DNA from: Deltaproteobacteria bacterium
GTDB lineage: Bacteria > UBA10199 > GCA-002796325 > JACPFF01
Length of the DNA: 54,116 nt
Assembly: GCA_016183125.1 (NCBI GenBank)
Contig: JACPFG010000043.1
Span: 1 to 54,116 of the forward strand
Direction of reading: 5' to 3'
Position 1 is the stretch's first letter. Every line of letters starts with the position of its first letter. A program made the translations under genes and the position numbers. Positions 28,020-36,457 of the stretch are shown piece by piece. The notes under the pieces were generated by a model. It worked only from the letters and a program-made list of their open reading frames with translations, was not told where the DNA came from and made no database searches.

Positions 28020-30581
28020 CTAGAGTTTTTCCCGCAGGAGGGCGATCCTCTTCCGCAGGCCGAGAGGAAAACTCCGCGCGTCAAGACTTTCAAGACCAGA
28101 AAGGAGCGCCGTACGTTGCTCAGAAGTCCAGGCCAGACCAACATCTCCTGCAATCTCGAGGGCGGTCAGCAAGCGGCTCAGGGGCTGCGCGGTGTCTTTT
28201 GCTGTAGATCCAGCGACCTCACTATAAAATTCCTTCACGACTTCTTCATAATAGCTGTCCCTCGCAAGGTCGGGATCAATGCCCTTAGTGATCGCCAACC
28301 ACTTCGCACTATTTGCCGGCCTGTTCAGCCACAGGCCCTGTTTTGCAAAGGCCAAGTTGAGCATCAGCAGCGAGGCGTCTTGTTTCATCGCCCCAAGAAG
28401 ATACGGCATGGTCTGCGCCACGCGCCGAGCGTCGCGCTTCATAGCCAGTGGCTTCGGAGCTGCCAGGAGAGCTCGCGCGTATTGCTCAAGGTCGAGAGCA
28501 ACGCGCTTCCGAACCGATTCCGGCCACTCGGGACCGAGGGCGGCACGGGCCCGCTCCCAAGCCGACAGGTGTCCGGCAAAAAAAGCCACGAGACCAAAGC
28601 GAGCGAGTTGCCGCTTGGCGGCAAGGTCCCGTTCCACCTTCTCTACAGCACCCCCGTTAGCCGTCCCGGGGCTCAGTTGCTCAGCCAGATGGAGAAACAG
28701 ATCAATACACTCTCGTGCATCACCTCCGCCTACATTGGCAGTTCGCACCTCTTTCGTCCGCTCGTCGAGGCCAGTAATGCCCAAGTTAATTGCATCCATT
28801 GCCCCTTCGACGACGACCCATCCGTAATAGGGGTCCTCGTCCAAAATCTGCCGAAAGGCTGCCTCGGCGGCCCCAAGCTTCTTCGCCGCGAAACGGACGT
28901 ACGCCAACTGCACCAAATAGGATGGGTCCCCCGACGCGCGACTTGCGATTGCTTCGAATAATTGCACGGCCCGATCCAAATTGCCCTGGCTCCAAGCCAG
29001 CCCTGCCTCCAGCAGAACGGTGCGCGGGTGCGATGGCTCGATCTGTTGTATTCGCGCCAAATGGGCCTGTACCTCCTGTAAGGTTGCGGTTGCCGCCTCG
29101 GAGGATCTCCCCAAGACGCTATCGAGCGCCACCGCCGCATCAATGTAGAGCGCAACCACATTGTCCGGCTGTGCCTGAATGGCTTGGCCAATATACCGGC
29201 GGGCGTCATCCGTCCGGTCCCACTGCCTCGCTGCCGTGTGCAGCTGGATATATGCCGGCACATATTCTGGGTCCCATGTGACCGCGAGACCGAGGAACTC
29301 AATGACATTCTGCTTTAGCAAGCCTATAAATTCGCGCTGCAACACGATCACGGCCTCCCGATTCACCAGAGTGGCTGGTACCTGGATCGCCTGGAGACGA
29401 GCGATCCACCCGTTGCATCTCTGCGCCCAATTCGCCGCCCAATGTGCGGCAGCCTTCGGCGCTGTTACCGCCAGATGAGCCAGGGCCTTCCGAAATTCGG
29501 GGTCGGCGCGAATGAACGCCTCCGGATCACCATTGATCAGCGCGATTACGGATCGGGTCTCGTGCAACGCCGCGGGAAACATGGGATAGGTGCCAAAGGC
29601 CGCCTCGAACTCTCGACATGCCGCGCTTGGCGCCTGCTGCAAAAGCGTCGTCTGCACGCACCGCAGCCAGGCCCCCCGCAAATCATGGGGGGCAACCTTC
29701 TGGATCGCATCGGCAAAAGCCGCCATCTGCGCGGCTATCTGGATCAGGGTGGTCGCGTTTGGGTCGCGCCTATTGACCTCTTCAATCCACCGGTTCGTAT
29801 ACCACACCTCGCTCACCACCTGGCGGGGCGTCAGGGAAATGACAGAGGCATATCGCGCGTCGAACTTCTTCTGCGACACATCAAGATGGATGTATGATCC
29901 ATCCGGCAACCGCACCCCGGCGCAGACATGTCCCGAAAAAAGCGAATCCTTCGGAAGGCGCTCGCTGACAACCATCTTGTCGAGCGAGGGGCTACCGGAT
30001 TCGACATACAGAATCACGGGAGACAACCCAGCCCTTCGCAAGATATCGAAGAGGATATACGAGGTTTCACTGCAATAGCCACAGCGGTTTGCCCAGGCCG
30101 CCACCGCTCCCATCTCTGTTGGACAATCGTTCGGAAAACCGAGGTGCGCAAGCCCCCAATTATACACGTTATGGGCAACGCTGCGCACATAGACGTCCGA
30201 GCCCTCCGCAAGACCCTGGGCACGTGCCGCCGCAACGGCGCTGGACGCCGCTTGGGCAAACACCAACTGCGCGGCGGCATCATCGGTCGTGTTTGGATCG
30301 AAGTCATCGGTACTCTGGGGCAATGGATAGTGGTGCTTTGCCAGCCATGGCCAAAATTTGTCAAACCGATAGGCGTGGTCAATCACTTCCCCGACCGTCA
30401 GTTTCGCCGGATCAAAAATCCGTAACGGCAGCGCGGTCGCATTGTCCACATAGCCCCGGTGGATCTCCTCTTGACACTGGGCCTCCGTCTTTCCCGACCC
30501 CCGGCAATCGACCACGATGGCCTGATAGATCTCCCCAACGGGCGAGGCGAGTGTAAATTCGGTTTTCAGCGGGGTCGCCAT
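28020..30581 (-). CDS. Transglutaminase-like cysteine-protease-fold domain fused to a long TPR/helical-repeat region
   Basis: N-terminal RCGYCSETSYILFDILRRAGLSPVILYV...GHVCAGVRLPDGSYIHLDVS fits the Cys-His-Asp transglutaminase-like core. The C-terminal roughly 550 aa are helical-repeat/TPR-like (AIQAQPDNVVALYIDAAVAL..., AWSQGNLDRAVQLFEAI...). Confidence 0.6.
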   Translation of the reverse strand: MATPLKTEFTLASPVGEIYQAIVVDCRGSGKTEAQCQEEIHRGYVDNATALPLRIFDPAKLTVGEVIDHAYRFDKFWPWLAKHHYPLPQSTDDFDPNTTDDAAAQLVFAQAASSAVAAARAQGLAEGSDVYVRSVAHNVYNWGLAHLGFPNDCPTEMGAVAAWANRCGYCSETSYILFDILRRAGLSPVILYVESGSPSLDKMVVSERLPKDSLFSGHVCAGVRLPDGSYIHLDVSQKKFDARYASVISLTPRQVVSEVWYTNRWIEEVNRRDPNATTLIQIAAQMAAFADAIQKVAPHDLRGAWLRCVQTTLLQQAPSAACREFEAAFGTYPMFPAALHETRSVIALINGDPEAFIRADPEFRKALAHLAVTAPKAAAHWAANWAQRCNGWIARLQAIQVPATLVNREAVIVLQREFIGLLKQNVIEFLGLAVTWDPEYVPAYIQLHTAARQWDRTDDARRYIGQAIQAQPDNVVALYIDAAVALDSVLGRSSEAATATLQEVQAHLARIQQIEPSHPRTVLLEAGLAWSQGNLDRAVQLFEAIASRASGDPSYLVQLAYVRFAAKKLGAAEAAFRQILDEDPYYGWVVVEGAMDAINLGITGLDERTKEVRTANVGGGDARECIDLFLHLAEQLSPGTANGGAVEKVERDLAAKRQLARFGLVAFFAGHLSAWERARAALGPEWPESVRKRVALDLEQYARALLAAPKPLAMKRDARRVAQTMPYLLGAMKQDASLLMLNLAFAKQGLWLNRPANSAKWLAITKGIDPDLARDSYYEEVVKEFYSEVAGSTAKDTAQPLSRLLTALEIAGDVGLAWTSEQRTALLSGLESLDARSFPLGLRKRIALLREKL

Positions 30582-30706
30582 CGTTCACCGAGACGGCATC
30601 CCCGCCAGGGCAGTATCGACGCGGATTGGCTGGAAGTCATCCATAGAAACCACTCACTACACCATTATGTCGGATACAGGCGACTGTCAATCCGAATTCC
30701 CTCGAA

Positions 30707-32803
30707 TTACCCCACGGCGCCCAGCGCAAGTCGCTCGCCCCACCGTTCCATGACGGTTCGCTTAAGCCATGCATGTTCGGGATTGACTAGTGCGGGATCG
30801 CCTGCCACCACCGAAGCGGCTACCTCGCGAGCCGTCGCAATTATCCCGGCGTCGGTTACCAGATGTGCCACCCTCAGTTCCGGCAGTCCCGATTGCCTGG
30901 TTCCCATAACCTCCCCCGGGCCCCGGATCTTCAGGTCCTCCTCGGCTATCCGAAACCCATCGGTCGTCTCCGTCATGATCCGAAGCCGGGCCCGCGCTGT
31001 ATCGGAGTGGCGATCGTTTGCCATCAATATGCAGAAAGATTGATCACGACCGCGACCGACGCGACCGCGAAGCTGATGAAGTTGGGAGAGGCCGAAGCGT
31101 TCCGCGTGTTCGACAACCATCACTGAGGCCGTAGGGACGTCGACTCCGACCTCGACGACAGTGGTCGCTGCCAGTATATGGACCTCCCCCAGGCAAAAGG
31201 CCCGCATGATCGCCTCTTTCTCTTCCGCTCGCATCCGGCCGTGAAGCAGGGCGACGCGATAGCGCGGGGCAAACACCTTAGCCAGGGCGGCGGCCATATC
31301 CGTGGCGTTTTTCAGGTCGACCTTTTCGCTTTCCTCCACCAGCGGATAGACGACGTAGATCTGGTGCCCCTTGGCCAGCTCCTTGCGCATCCCCTCATAG
31401 AGCCTTGCTCGTTGCCCATCATCATAAAGTTTTGTGACGACCGGAAGGCGCCCCGGCGGGAGTTTGTCGATAATAGAACAGTCAAGATCGCCGTAGATGG
31501 TCATCGCCAGCGTTCGCGGGATTGGGGTCGCCGTCATCACAAGGACATGCGGGACCACCCCCTTCTGTTTCAGCGCCAGGCGCTGCGCCACGCCGAACCT
31601 GTGTTGCTCGTCGATGATCAGCAGGCCAAGGCGGGCAAACCTGACGTCCTCTTCGATAAGCGCATGCGTACCTATCAACAGAGGAAGATCGCCGCCTGCC
31701 GCCTTCTCTAGGATCTGGCGCCGCTCTTTGCCTCTAGTGGCGCCAGTCAGCAGGGCCCACTGGATCTTTAGGGCCTCCATCCACGGACGGATCGTTCGCG
31801 TGTGCTGTTCGGCCAACAACTCGGTGGGGGCCATGAAGGCCACCTGATATCCGGCTCCGATCGTTTGGAGCGCGGCGCCGATGGCCACCACCGTCTTCCC
31901 GCAACCGACATCCCCCTGCACCAGCCGATGCATAGGACGCGTGCCGGCCATGTCTTGGGCGATCTCGCCTGCAACGCGCGCCTGCGCGGCCGTCAGTGTA
32001 AATGGGAGAGATCGCGCAAAGGCTCGACCGATCTCGTCTCGATGCGGAACGGTCGCGCCTGTCTTAAGCGTCCATGTGGCCCGCCGCAATAGGAGCCCCA
32101 GCTCCAGGTAGAAGACCTCGTCGAAGATGAGCGTGCGATGCGCCGCGGTGCTGCGCTGATTTAATGCCGCGACATCGGCCTCCGTTTCCGGAAAGTGGAG
32201 GGCCTCTATCGCCTCCGCCAGCGAAATTAGCCGCTGACCTAGCCTTATCGCGTCGGGCAGGCCCCCGGGCAAGGCAGATCGCCACTTTTCCCAGGCGGCG
32301 CGAACGGCACGCCTGAGCATCCGCTGAGTCAGACCTTCGGTGGCCGGATAGATCGGCAGGATCCTCCCTCCGACCTCGGCCTCCCCTTCTGCATCGAGCA
32401 GCTCCGACTCGGGATGGACGAACTGCGCGCGACCACCGAAGAACGAGCATTCCCCGGCCAGCAGGACCCGCCTGCCTACCTGGAACCGGCCGGCCATCGC
32501 CTTCGGATAGAAATGAAACCATGTGGCGGTGATCACGCCGGTACCATCGTTGACCTGCACCTCGTACAACCTGGTGCGACGCCGGCCGGTTACGACCACG
32601 CCGCTCGCCGTCACCTCGCCTATCACCACACGGTCCTTGCCGGGGGTTAGCTCTGCTATCGGAGCTATAGCGCGTCTATCCAGATACCTGGCGGGTAGAT
32701 GCCAGAGCAGATCGCCCACCGTGGCTATCCCTAAGCGCCCCAGCAGGCCGGCTATGCGCGGGCCGACGCCCTTCACGTATTGGACGGGTGTGCACAGATC
32801 CAT
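30707..32803 (-). CDS. recG: ATP-dependent DNA helicase RecG
   Basis: Wedge domain N-terminus (VQYVKGVGPRIAGLL), helicase motifs GDVGCGKT, LLIIDEQHRFG, MTATPIPRTL, QLHQLRGRVGRG. Confidence 0.95.
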   Translation of the reverse strand: MDLCTPVQYVKGVGPRIAGLLGRLGIATVGDLLWHLPARYLDRRAIAPIAELTPGKDRVVIGEVTASGVVVTGRRRTRLYEVQVNDGTGVITATWFHFYPKAMAGRFQVGRRVLLAGECSFFGGRAQFVHPESELLDAEGEAEVGGRILPIYPATEGLTQRMLRRAVRAAWEKWRSALPGGLPDAIRLGQRLISLAEAIEALHFPETEADVAALNQRSTAAHRTLIFDEVFYLELGLLLRRATWTLKTGATVPHRDEIGRAFARSLPFTLTAAQARVAGEIAQDMAGTRPMHRLVQGDVGCGKTVVAIGAALQTIGAGYQVAFMAPTELLAEQHTRTIRPWMEALKIQWALLTGATRGKERRQILEKAAGGDLPLLIGTHALIEEDVRFARLGLLIIDEQHRFGVAQRLALKQKGVVPHVLVMTATPIPRTLAMTIYGDLDCSIIDKLPPGRLPVVTKLYDDGQRARLYEGMRKELAKGHQIYVVYPLVEESEKVDLKNATDMAAALAKVFAPRYRVALLHGRMRAEEKEAIMRAFCLGEVHILAATTVVEVGVDVPTASVMVVEHAERFGLSQLHQLRGRVGRGRDQSFCILMANDRHSDTARARLRIMTETTDGFRIAEEDLKIRGPGEVMGTRQSGLPELRVAHLVTDAGIIATAREVAASVVAGDPALVNPEHAWLKRTVMERWGERLALGAVG

Positions 32804-32806
32804 AAG

Positions 32807-32930
32807 GTGACCTCTGAAAAAGGCCCGTCTGCTGCGTTGCCGTCGTCGGCGCTCCTTGCGGCGTACCTTCCAGTACGCCTCAGTCGGCCTCCTCCGGCTG
32901 CCTTGCAGCTGAGCCTTTTTAAGAGGTCAC
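32807..32930 (-). promoter_or_regulatory. Long imperfect hairpin in the ompA-like/recG intergenic region; base of stem contains the recG Shine-Dalgarno
   Basis: GTGACCTCT (32807-32815) pairs perfectly with AGAGGTCAC (32922-32930), and AAAAAGGC (32817-32824) with GCCTTTTT (32913-32920). Further interrupted pairing leads to an apical GGCGTAC/GTACGCC stem. On the minus strand the loop is a U.G-closed GGAA tetraloop. AGAGGT lies 6-7 nt upstream of the recG ATG. Confidence 0.45.
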
Positions 32931-32962
32931 AACCATACATAGTTCTGCAAGGTTACTTACTG

Positions 32963-34312
32963 TTATTCGAGTACGGTAAATTCGGTGCGACGGTTCTTGG
33001 CCCGCCCTTCCACTGTATTGTTGTCACCGATAGGCCGGGCCTCGCCGTACCCGATCGGGACCAACCGGGCACGATCTACACCCTGCCTTGCCAGGTAATC
33101 GACCACGGACCGGGCCCGCGCCTCGGAGAGGCGCTGATTATAAACATCCGAACCGATCCAGTCGGTATGGCCCTCCACCTGTACCTTGCCGATCTGCGGA
33201 CTCTGTTTAAGGATCGCCGCCACGTCGTTCAAGATAGGAAAGGAGATAGGTCGGAGCACACTGCGGTTAAATTCGAAATGGATCCGTTGGGAGATGACGA
33301 TTTTCTCCTCGACCTTCACGTCGACTATCTCGCCTTTCGGGACTCCGAGTGCGACGATCTTCGGTCGCCGGTAATTGATCCCGAGAAGCACATGCGCCTC
33401 CGGACTGCCAACCCCCCTCGTGATCCCGCTTCCACCCATCAGGGTGATGTTGAGCCCTCGCCATGTGGACCAACGCTGCGGTGTCCACTGCGCGCCCGCC
33501 ATCAGCTCTACCGGGGTCTGGATCTCGGCCCGGAAAGGGGTCTTCGCATTAGTCTCAGCCAGGGCCTCACCCACCAGCGACCAGTCATCGGTCAACCGAA
33601 GCCTGCTGCCGAGCCCAAACGTCAGTCGGTCATCGAAGATGGCGTTCGCATCGTCGGCAAAAAACTGATCGGAGCGGCGCACATATTGATAGCCGAGATT
33701 AAGGCCGACCCATACTCGGTCCCTGATATTCCCCTCCAGGACCGCTTTGACACCGGGGCTGAAGGCGGCATTGCTGATAAACGAGCTCTTCTTGCCGGAA
33801 GGGAAGAGCATATAGGGCAAGACGGCCACGCCGAACTTATAGCGATCGATGTCGATCAGCCGGAATTTCGCCTCGGCTCGGATGTCGCCGATCCCGGCGC
33901 GATTTTGCTGCTGAGCGGTGCCGAACGTGACCGCGTTTGCCTGGACATCGGGATTGAAAAACGACTCGTAGACAGTTACCGGGACTGCAAGGCCCCCCTG
34001 CACCCAGTCGGTAAAACCTACGGCGCCTACCAGGTGGACATTCACGGCGTTTCGCACGATATCGGCCCGCCGCGAGGTGGTAAGATCCATTGCCGAGATC
34101 GGGCGGCGCAGGTAATACAGATAGAGCCCCATGTTATAGCGCCACTGCTGGAGCGTTTCGGCCTCATGAAGCGTTAGGAACCGCCCGCCGCTGGTGTTCG
34201 GATGGATCAGGGTAAAGTCGGGCTGTTTGGTCTGCGCCCCGGCTATGCCCGGCGCCAACAGGGCGCCCCAGAGACTGCCGATGAGAAGTTGCCTAAGGAC
34301 GGAGCGCGGCAT
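32963..34312 (-). CDS. OmpA-family outer-membrane protein (N-terminal beta-barrel-like region + C-terminal OmpA peptidoglycan-binding domain)
   Basis: Signal peptide MPRSVLRQLLIGSLWGALLAPGIAGA. C-terminal FEFNRSVLRP...VEGHTDWIGSDVYNQRLSEARARSVVDYL...GYGEARPI...NRRTEF. Confidence 0.85.
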   Translation of the reverse strand: MPRSVLRQLLIGSLWGALLAPGIAGAQTKQPDFTLIHPNTSGGRFLTLHEAETLQQWRYNMGLYLYYLRRPISAMDLTTSRRADIVRNAVNVHLVGAVGFTDWVQGGLAVPVTVYESFFNPDVQANAVTFGTAQQQNRAGIGDIRAEAKFRLIDIDRYKFGVAVLPYMLFPSGKKSSFISNAAFSPGVKAVLEGNIRDRVWVGLNLGYQYVRRSDQFFADDANAIFDDRLTFGLGSRLRLTDDWSLVGEALAETNAKTPFRAEIQTPVELMAGAQWTPQRWSTWRGLNITLMGGSGITRGVGSPEAHVLLGINYRRPKIVALGVPKGEIVDVKVEEKIVISQRIHFEFNRSVLRPISFPILNDVAAILKQSPQIGKVQVEGHTDWIGSDVYNQRLSEARARSVVDYLARQGVDRARLVPIGYGEARPIGDNNTVEGRAKNRRTEFTVLE

Positions 34313-34361
34313 GAGCGCCGCATTGTAGTGCGGACAAGCGGATTGTCAATGAAAACGCCGT

Positions 34362-35288
34362 TTAACTGTGGTAGCCCTCTACCTCAGGCGCTTCGCATTG
34401 CCAAATCGGCGCCACGGGGTCGAAAATGGTGATGTTGGGGCCATACTCCGATCTCAATTGTTTCCACGCCTTTCGCCACCGCCCGTCATGGGACGCTGTG
34501 AGCCGCAGGGCCAGTTCCGTGGTATCGTCGACCGTCGTCAGTGCTTCACCGATAGTGACCGCCACCTCCGGGATCCGGATATGAAAACAGGTCCCACGGC
34601 CCACATCGCTGCTTACCGACAGCGTCCCCTGGTGTGCCGCTACCGCCGATCGGCAGAAGTGAAGCCCCAAGCCAGTGCCGTCGGCCTTGCCATGGGTAAA
34701 TCCCTTCTCGAAGATGCGAGGCAGATGTGCTGACGCAATCCCCGTACCGTTGTCGACCATGTCAATCTGTAACTCCCCGTCGTCTGTGGCGGCACAGTGG
34801 ACCCAGACATGGCCATTCTCCGCCGGCAGGGCCTGAACTGCATTTGCGAGAAGATTTTGGAGCACCCGCCCTAAGACCGCCTTGTCGATCCATGCCGCAC
34901 ATGTGGCCGGGCCCGTATAATAGAGCGCAATCTGTCGCAGGTCGCACGCCAGCCGGTGCGCAGCCAACTGATCCCGGATCAGCGCCGCGACATCCACCAC
35001 CATGCGAGTTGTGCCGTGCACCGTCGCGCGCTGACGCAGATCGTCTTGCAAGGCAACGAGGCGTTCAATGGCGTGGTGGGCAAGCTTGGTGTATGTGCCG
35101 ATCTTGGCATCGCACTGCCCACCTAACGCATGTTCGAGCCTGTGCAGCACGTTCAGCAATATGGTGAGTGGACTGCCCATGTCGTGGGCCACTTGGGCCA
35201 TGATGTCCATCTTTTCTCGTGGCATACCTTCCCCCAATCCAAAAGGTTTCTGGGAATTGTGAAGCAAAAACCATGCCGATGGGATCAC
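34362..35288 (-). CDS. Soluble orphan sensor histidine kinase (HisKA + HATPase_c only)
   Basis: H-box MAQVAHDMGSPLTIL, N box LQNLLANAVQA, G boxes DNGTGI and GTGLGLHFC. No TM, sensor or receiver domain recognised. The start may be the internal Met at 35225 (MPREKMDIM). Confidence 0.78.
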   Translation of the reverse strand: MIPSAWFLLHNSQKPFGLGEGMPREKMDIMAQVAHDMGSPLTILLNVLHRLEHALGGQCDAKIGTYTKLAHHAIERLVALQDDLRQRATVHGTTRMVVDVAALIRDQLAAHRLACDLRQIALYYTGPATCAAWIDKAVLGRVLQNLLANAVQALPAENGHVWVHCAATDDGELQIDMVDNGTGIASAHLPRIFEKGFTHGKADGTGLGLHFCRSAVAAHQGTLSVSSDVGRGTCFHIRIPEVAVTIGEALTTVDDTTELALRLTASHDGRWRKAWKQLRSEYGPNITIFDPVAPIWQCEAPEVEGYHS

Positions 35289-35435
35289 AAATGAAACTGC
35301 TGCAGTACCCTGCCAACTGACTGAAAAATAGTCATATTCGCCAACCCTGCTGGCTATTTTAGCACCCAGGCGAGGGCTGTGTTACCCATGGTTGGAGACT
35401 GAAGACCGCATTTTTCTTTCCCTGGTGGTGCGATC

Positions 35436-35444
35436 TGGTAAAAT
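35436..35444 (+). promoter_or_regulatory. Possible extended -10 promoter element upstream of the pseudokinase gene
   Basis: TGGTAAAAT (TGn + TAAAAT) about 60 nt upstream of ATG 35505. No good -35 element. Confidence 0.3.
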
Positions 35445-35504
35445 ACTGGCAGGTTACAAGGGGCTTAACTGGTTTCGCATCGCGCCGCTCATAGGGGGGA
35501 CCAT

Positions 35505-36437
35505 ATGGAACCAACCGCACCAATCGGGCAGGATCTCCAGGAAGGGCAGCAATTCGAGGAATACCAGGTGATGACCGTCCGGCCGAGCGGGTATACGGAG
35601 CACGAGGCGGTCGTCCGGCGCAAGGATGGAAAGATCGCAGCGGTTCGGATGCTCAACTGGGACAAACTGAAAATCCACTACCAGGCGCGTTATTTCCGCG
35701 AGGCCAAGGAACCGCCGGATCCGAAGGCGCTGGCTGAGCGCGCGTTGGCCAAGATCCGGCAACGGGATGCGGAGTTTCGCGCCTGCAATGAGCGAGCGGT
35801 GGGCATTACCCACCCGGCTTTAGCGGCGGTTCACAAGATCGGGACGATCCCGAAGACGGGGCAAACATTTGTCGAATGTGATTATGTGGCTGGGGCTCCA
35901 CTCTTGCAGGAGGCCACCGGGATGACATGGCTACAGCGACTCTATTTTGTTCCCTGGCTCCTCGAAGGCCTGCAGGTTATCCATGACCGGGGGTTTTTGC
36001 ATGGGAATATCAAACACCGCCGGATTCGGGCGACCTATCAAGATGGCGGCCCCGTGGCGAAATGGACCGACACCGGGTTTTGCGTCCCGATACACCAGTG
36101 GCCGATTACCTTGCTGGGTAGCGCCGAATACCTGCCGCCAGAAGTCATCTTGCAGAAGCAAGACCAGATTGACCAGCAGAGCGCCGGGAGGGATCTGAAG
36201 CAACTGGCCACGATGATCGAGGCCGAATCGGCCCCCTTGCCGCCGTCGACCTATGTCCGGGAGATACCTAAGTCGTTGGACGACGTGATTATGGCGCTGC
36301 TGGAAAAGGATCCTGCGAAGCGGCCGTTTAATTCGGCTGGTGACTTGGCAGCCTATTTTACAGAGCAGTGGCCGGAGGCGTGCCAGACGCTGCAGACGGC
36401 AGACTGGACCGTGAGTGTGGAGACACGCGCGCCATAA
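35505..36437 (+). CDS. Ser/Thr protein-kinase-fold protein lacking canonical catalytic residues (predicted pseudokinase)
   Basis: Kinase subdomains are recognisable, but VAIK is AAVR (Lys to Arg), HRDxKxxN is HGNIKHRR (Asp to Asn), DFG is DTG, and the Gly-loop is degenerate (RPSGYTEH). APE-like SAEYLPPEV and LLEKDPAKRP are retained. Confidence 0.72.
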   Translation: MEPTAPIGQDLQEGQQFEEYQVMTVRPSGYTEHEAVVRRKDGKIAAVRMLNWDKLKIHYQARYFREAKEPPDPKALAERALAKIRQRDAEFRACNERAVGITHPALAAVHKIGTIPKTGQTFVECDYVAGAPLLQEATGMTWLQRLYFVPWLLEGLQVIHDRGFLHGNIKHRRIRATYQDGGPVAKWTDTGFCVPIHQWPITLLGSAEYLPPEVILQKQDQIDQQSAGRDLKQLATMIEAESAPLPPSTYVREIPKSLDDVIMALLEKDPAKRPFNSAGDLAAYFTEQWPEACQTLQTADWTVSVETRAP

Positions 36438-36457
36438 AGTGTGTCTGGTTTTAGCCC

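Noticed and set aside
32807-32930. Possible 4.5S/SRP RNA, considered because of the long hairpin with an apical GGAA tetraloop
   Set aside because: The conserved SRP domain IV sequence (GGUCCGGAAGGAAGCAGCC-like symmetric and asymmetric loops) is not present, and the apical stem is too long and too regular. It is kept only as a generic structured element.
32780-34177. 465-aa ORF on the plus strand
   Set aside because: It is antisense to the OmpA-family gene, which has a clear signal peptide and OmpA domain. It has no recognisable motifs and starts inside the recG 5' end.
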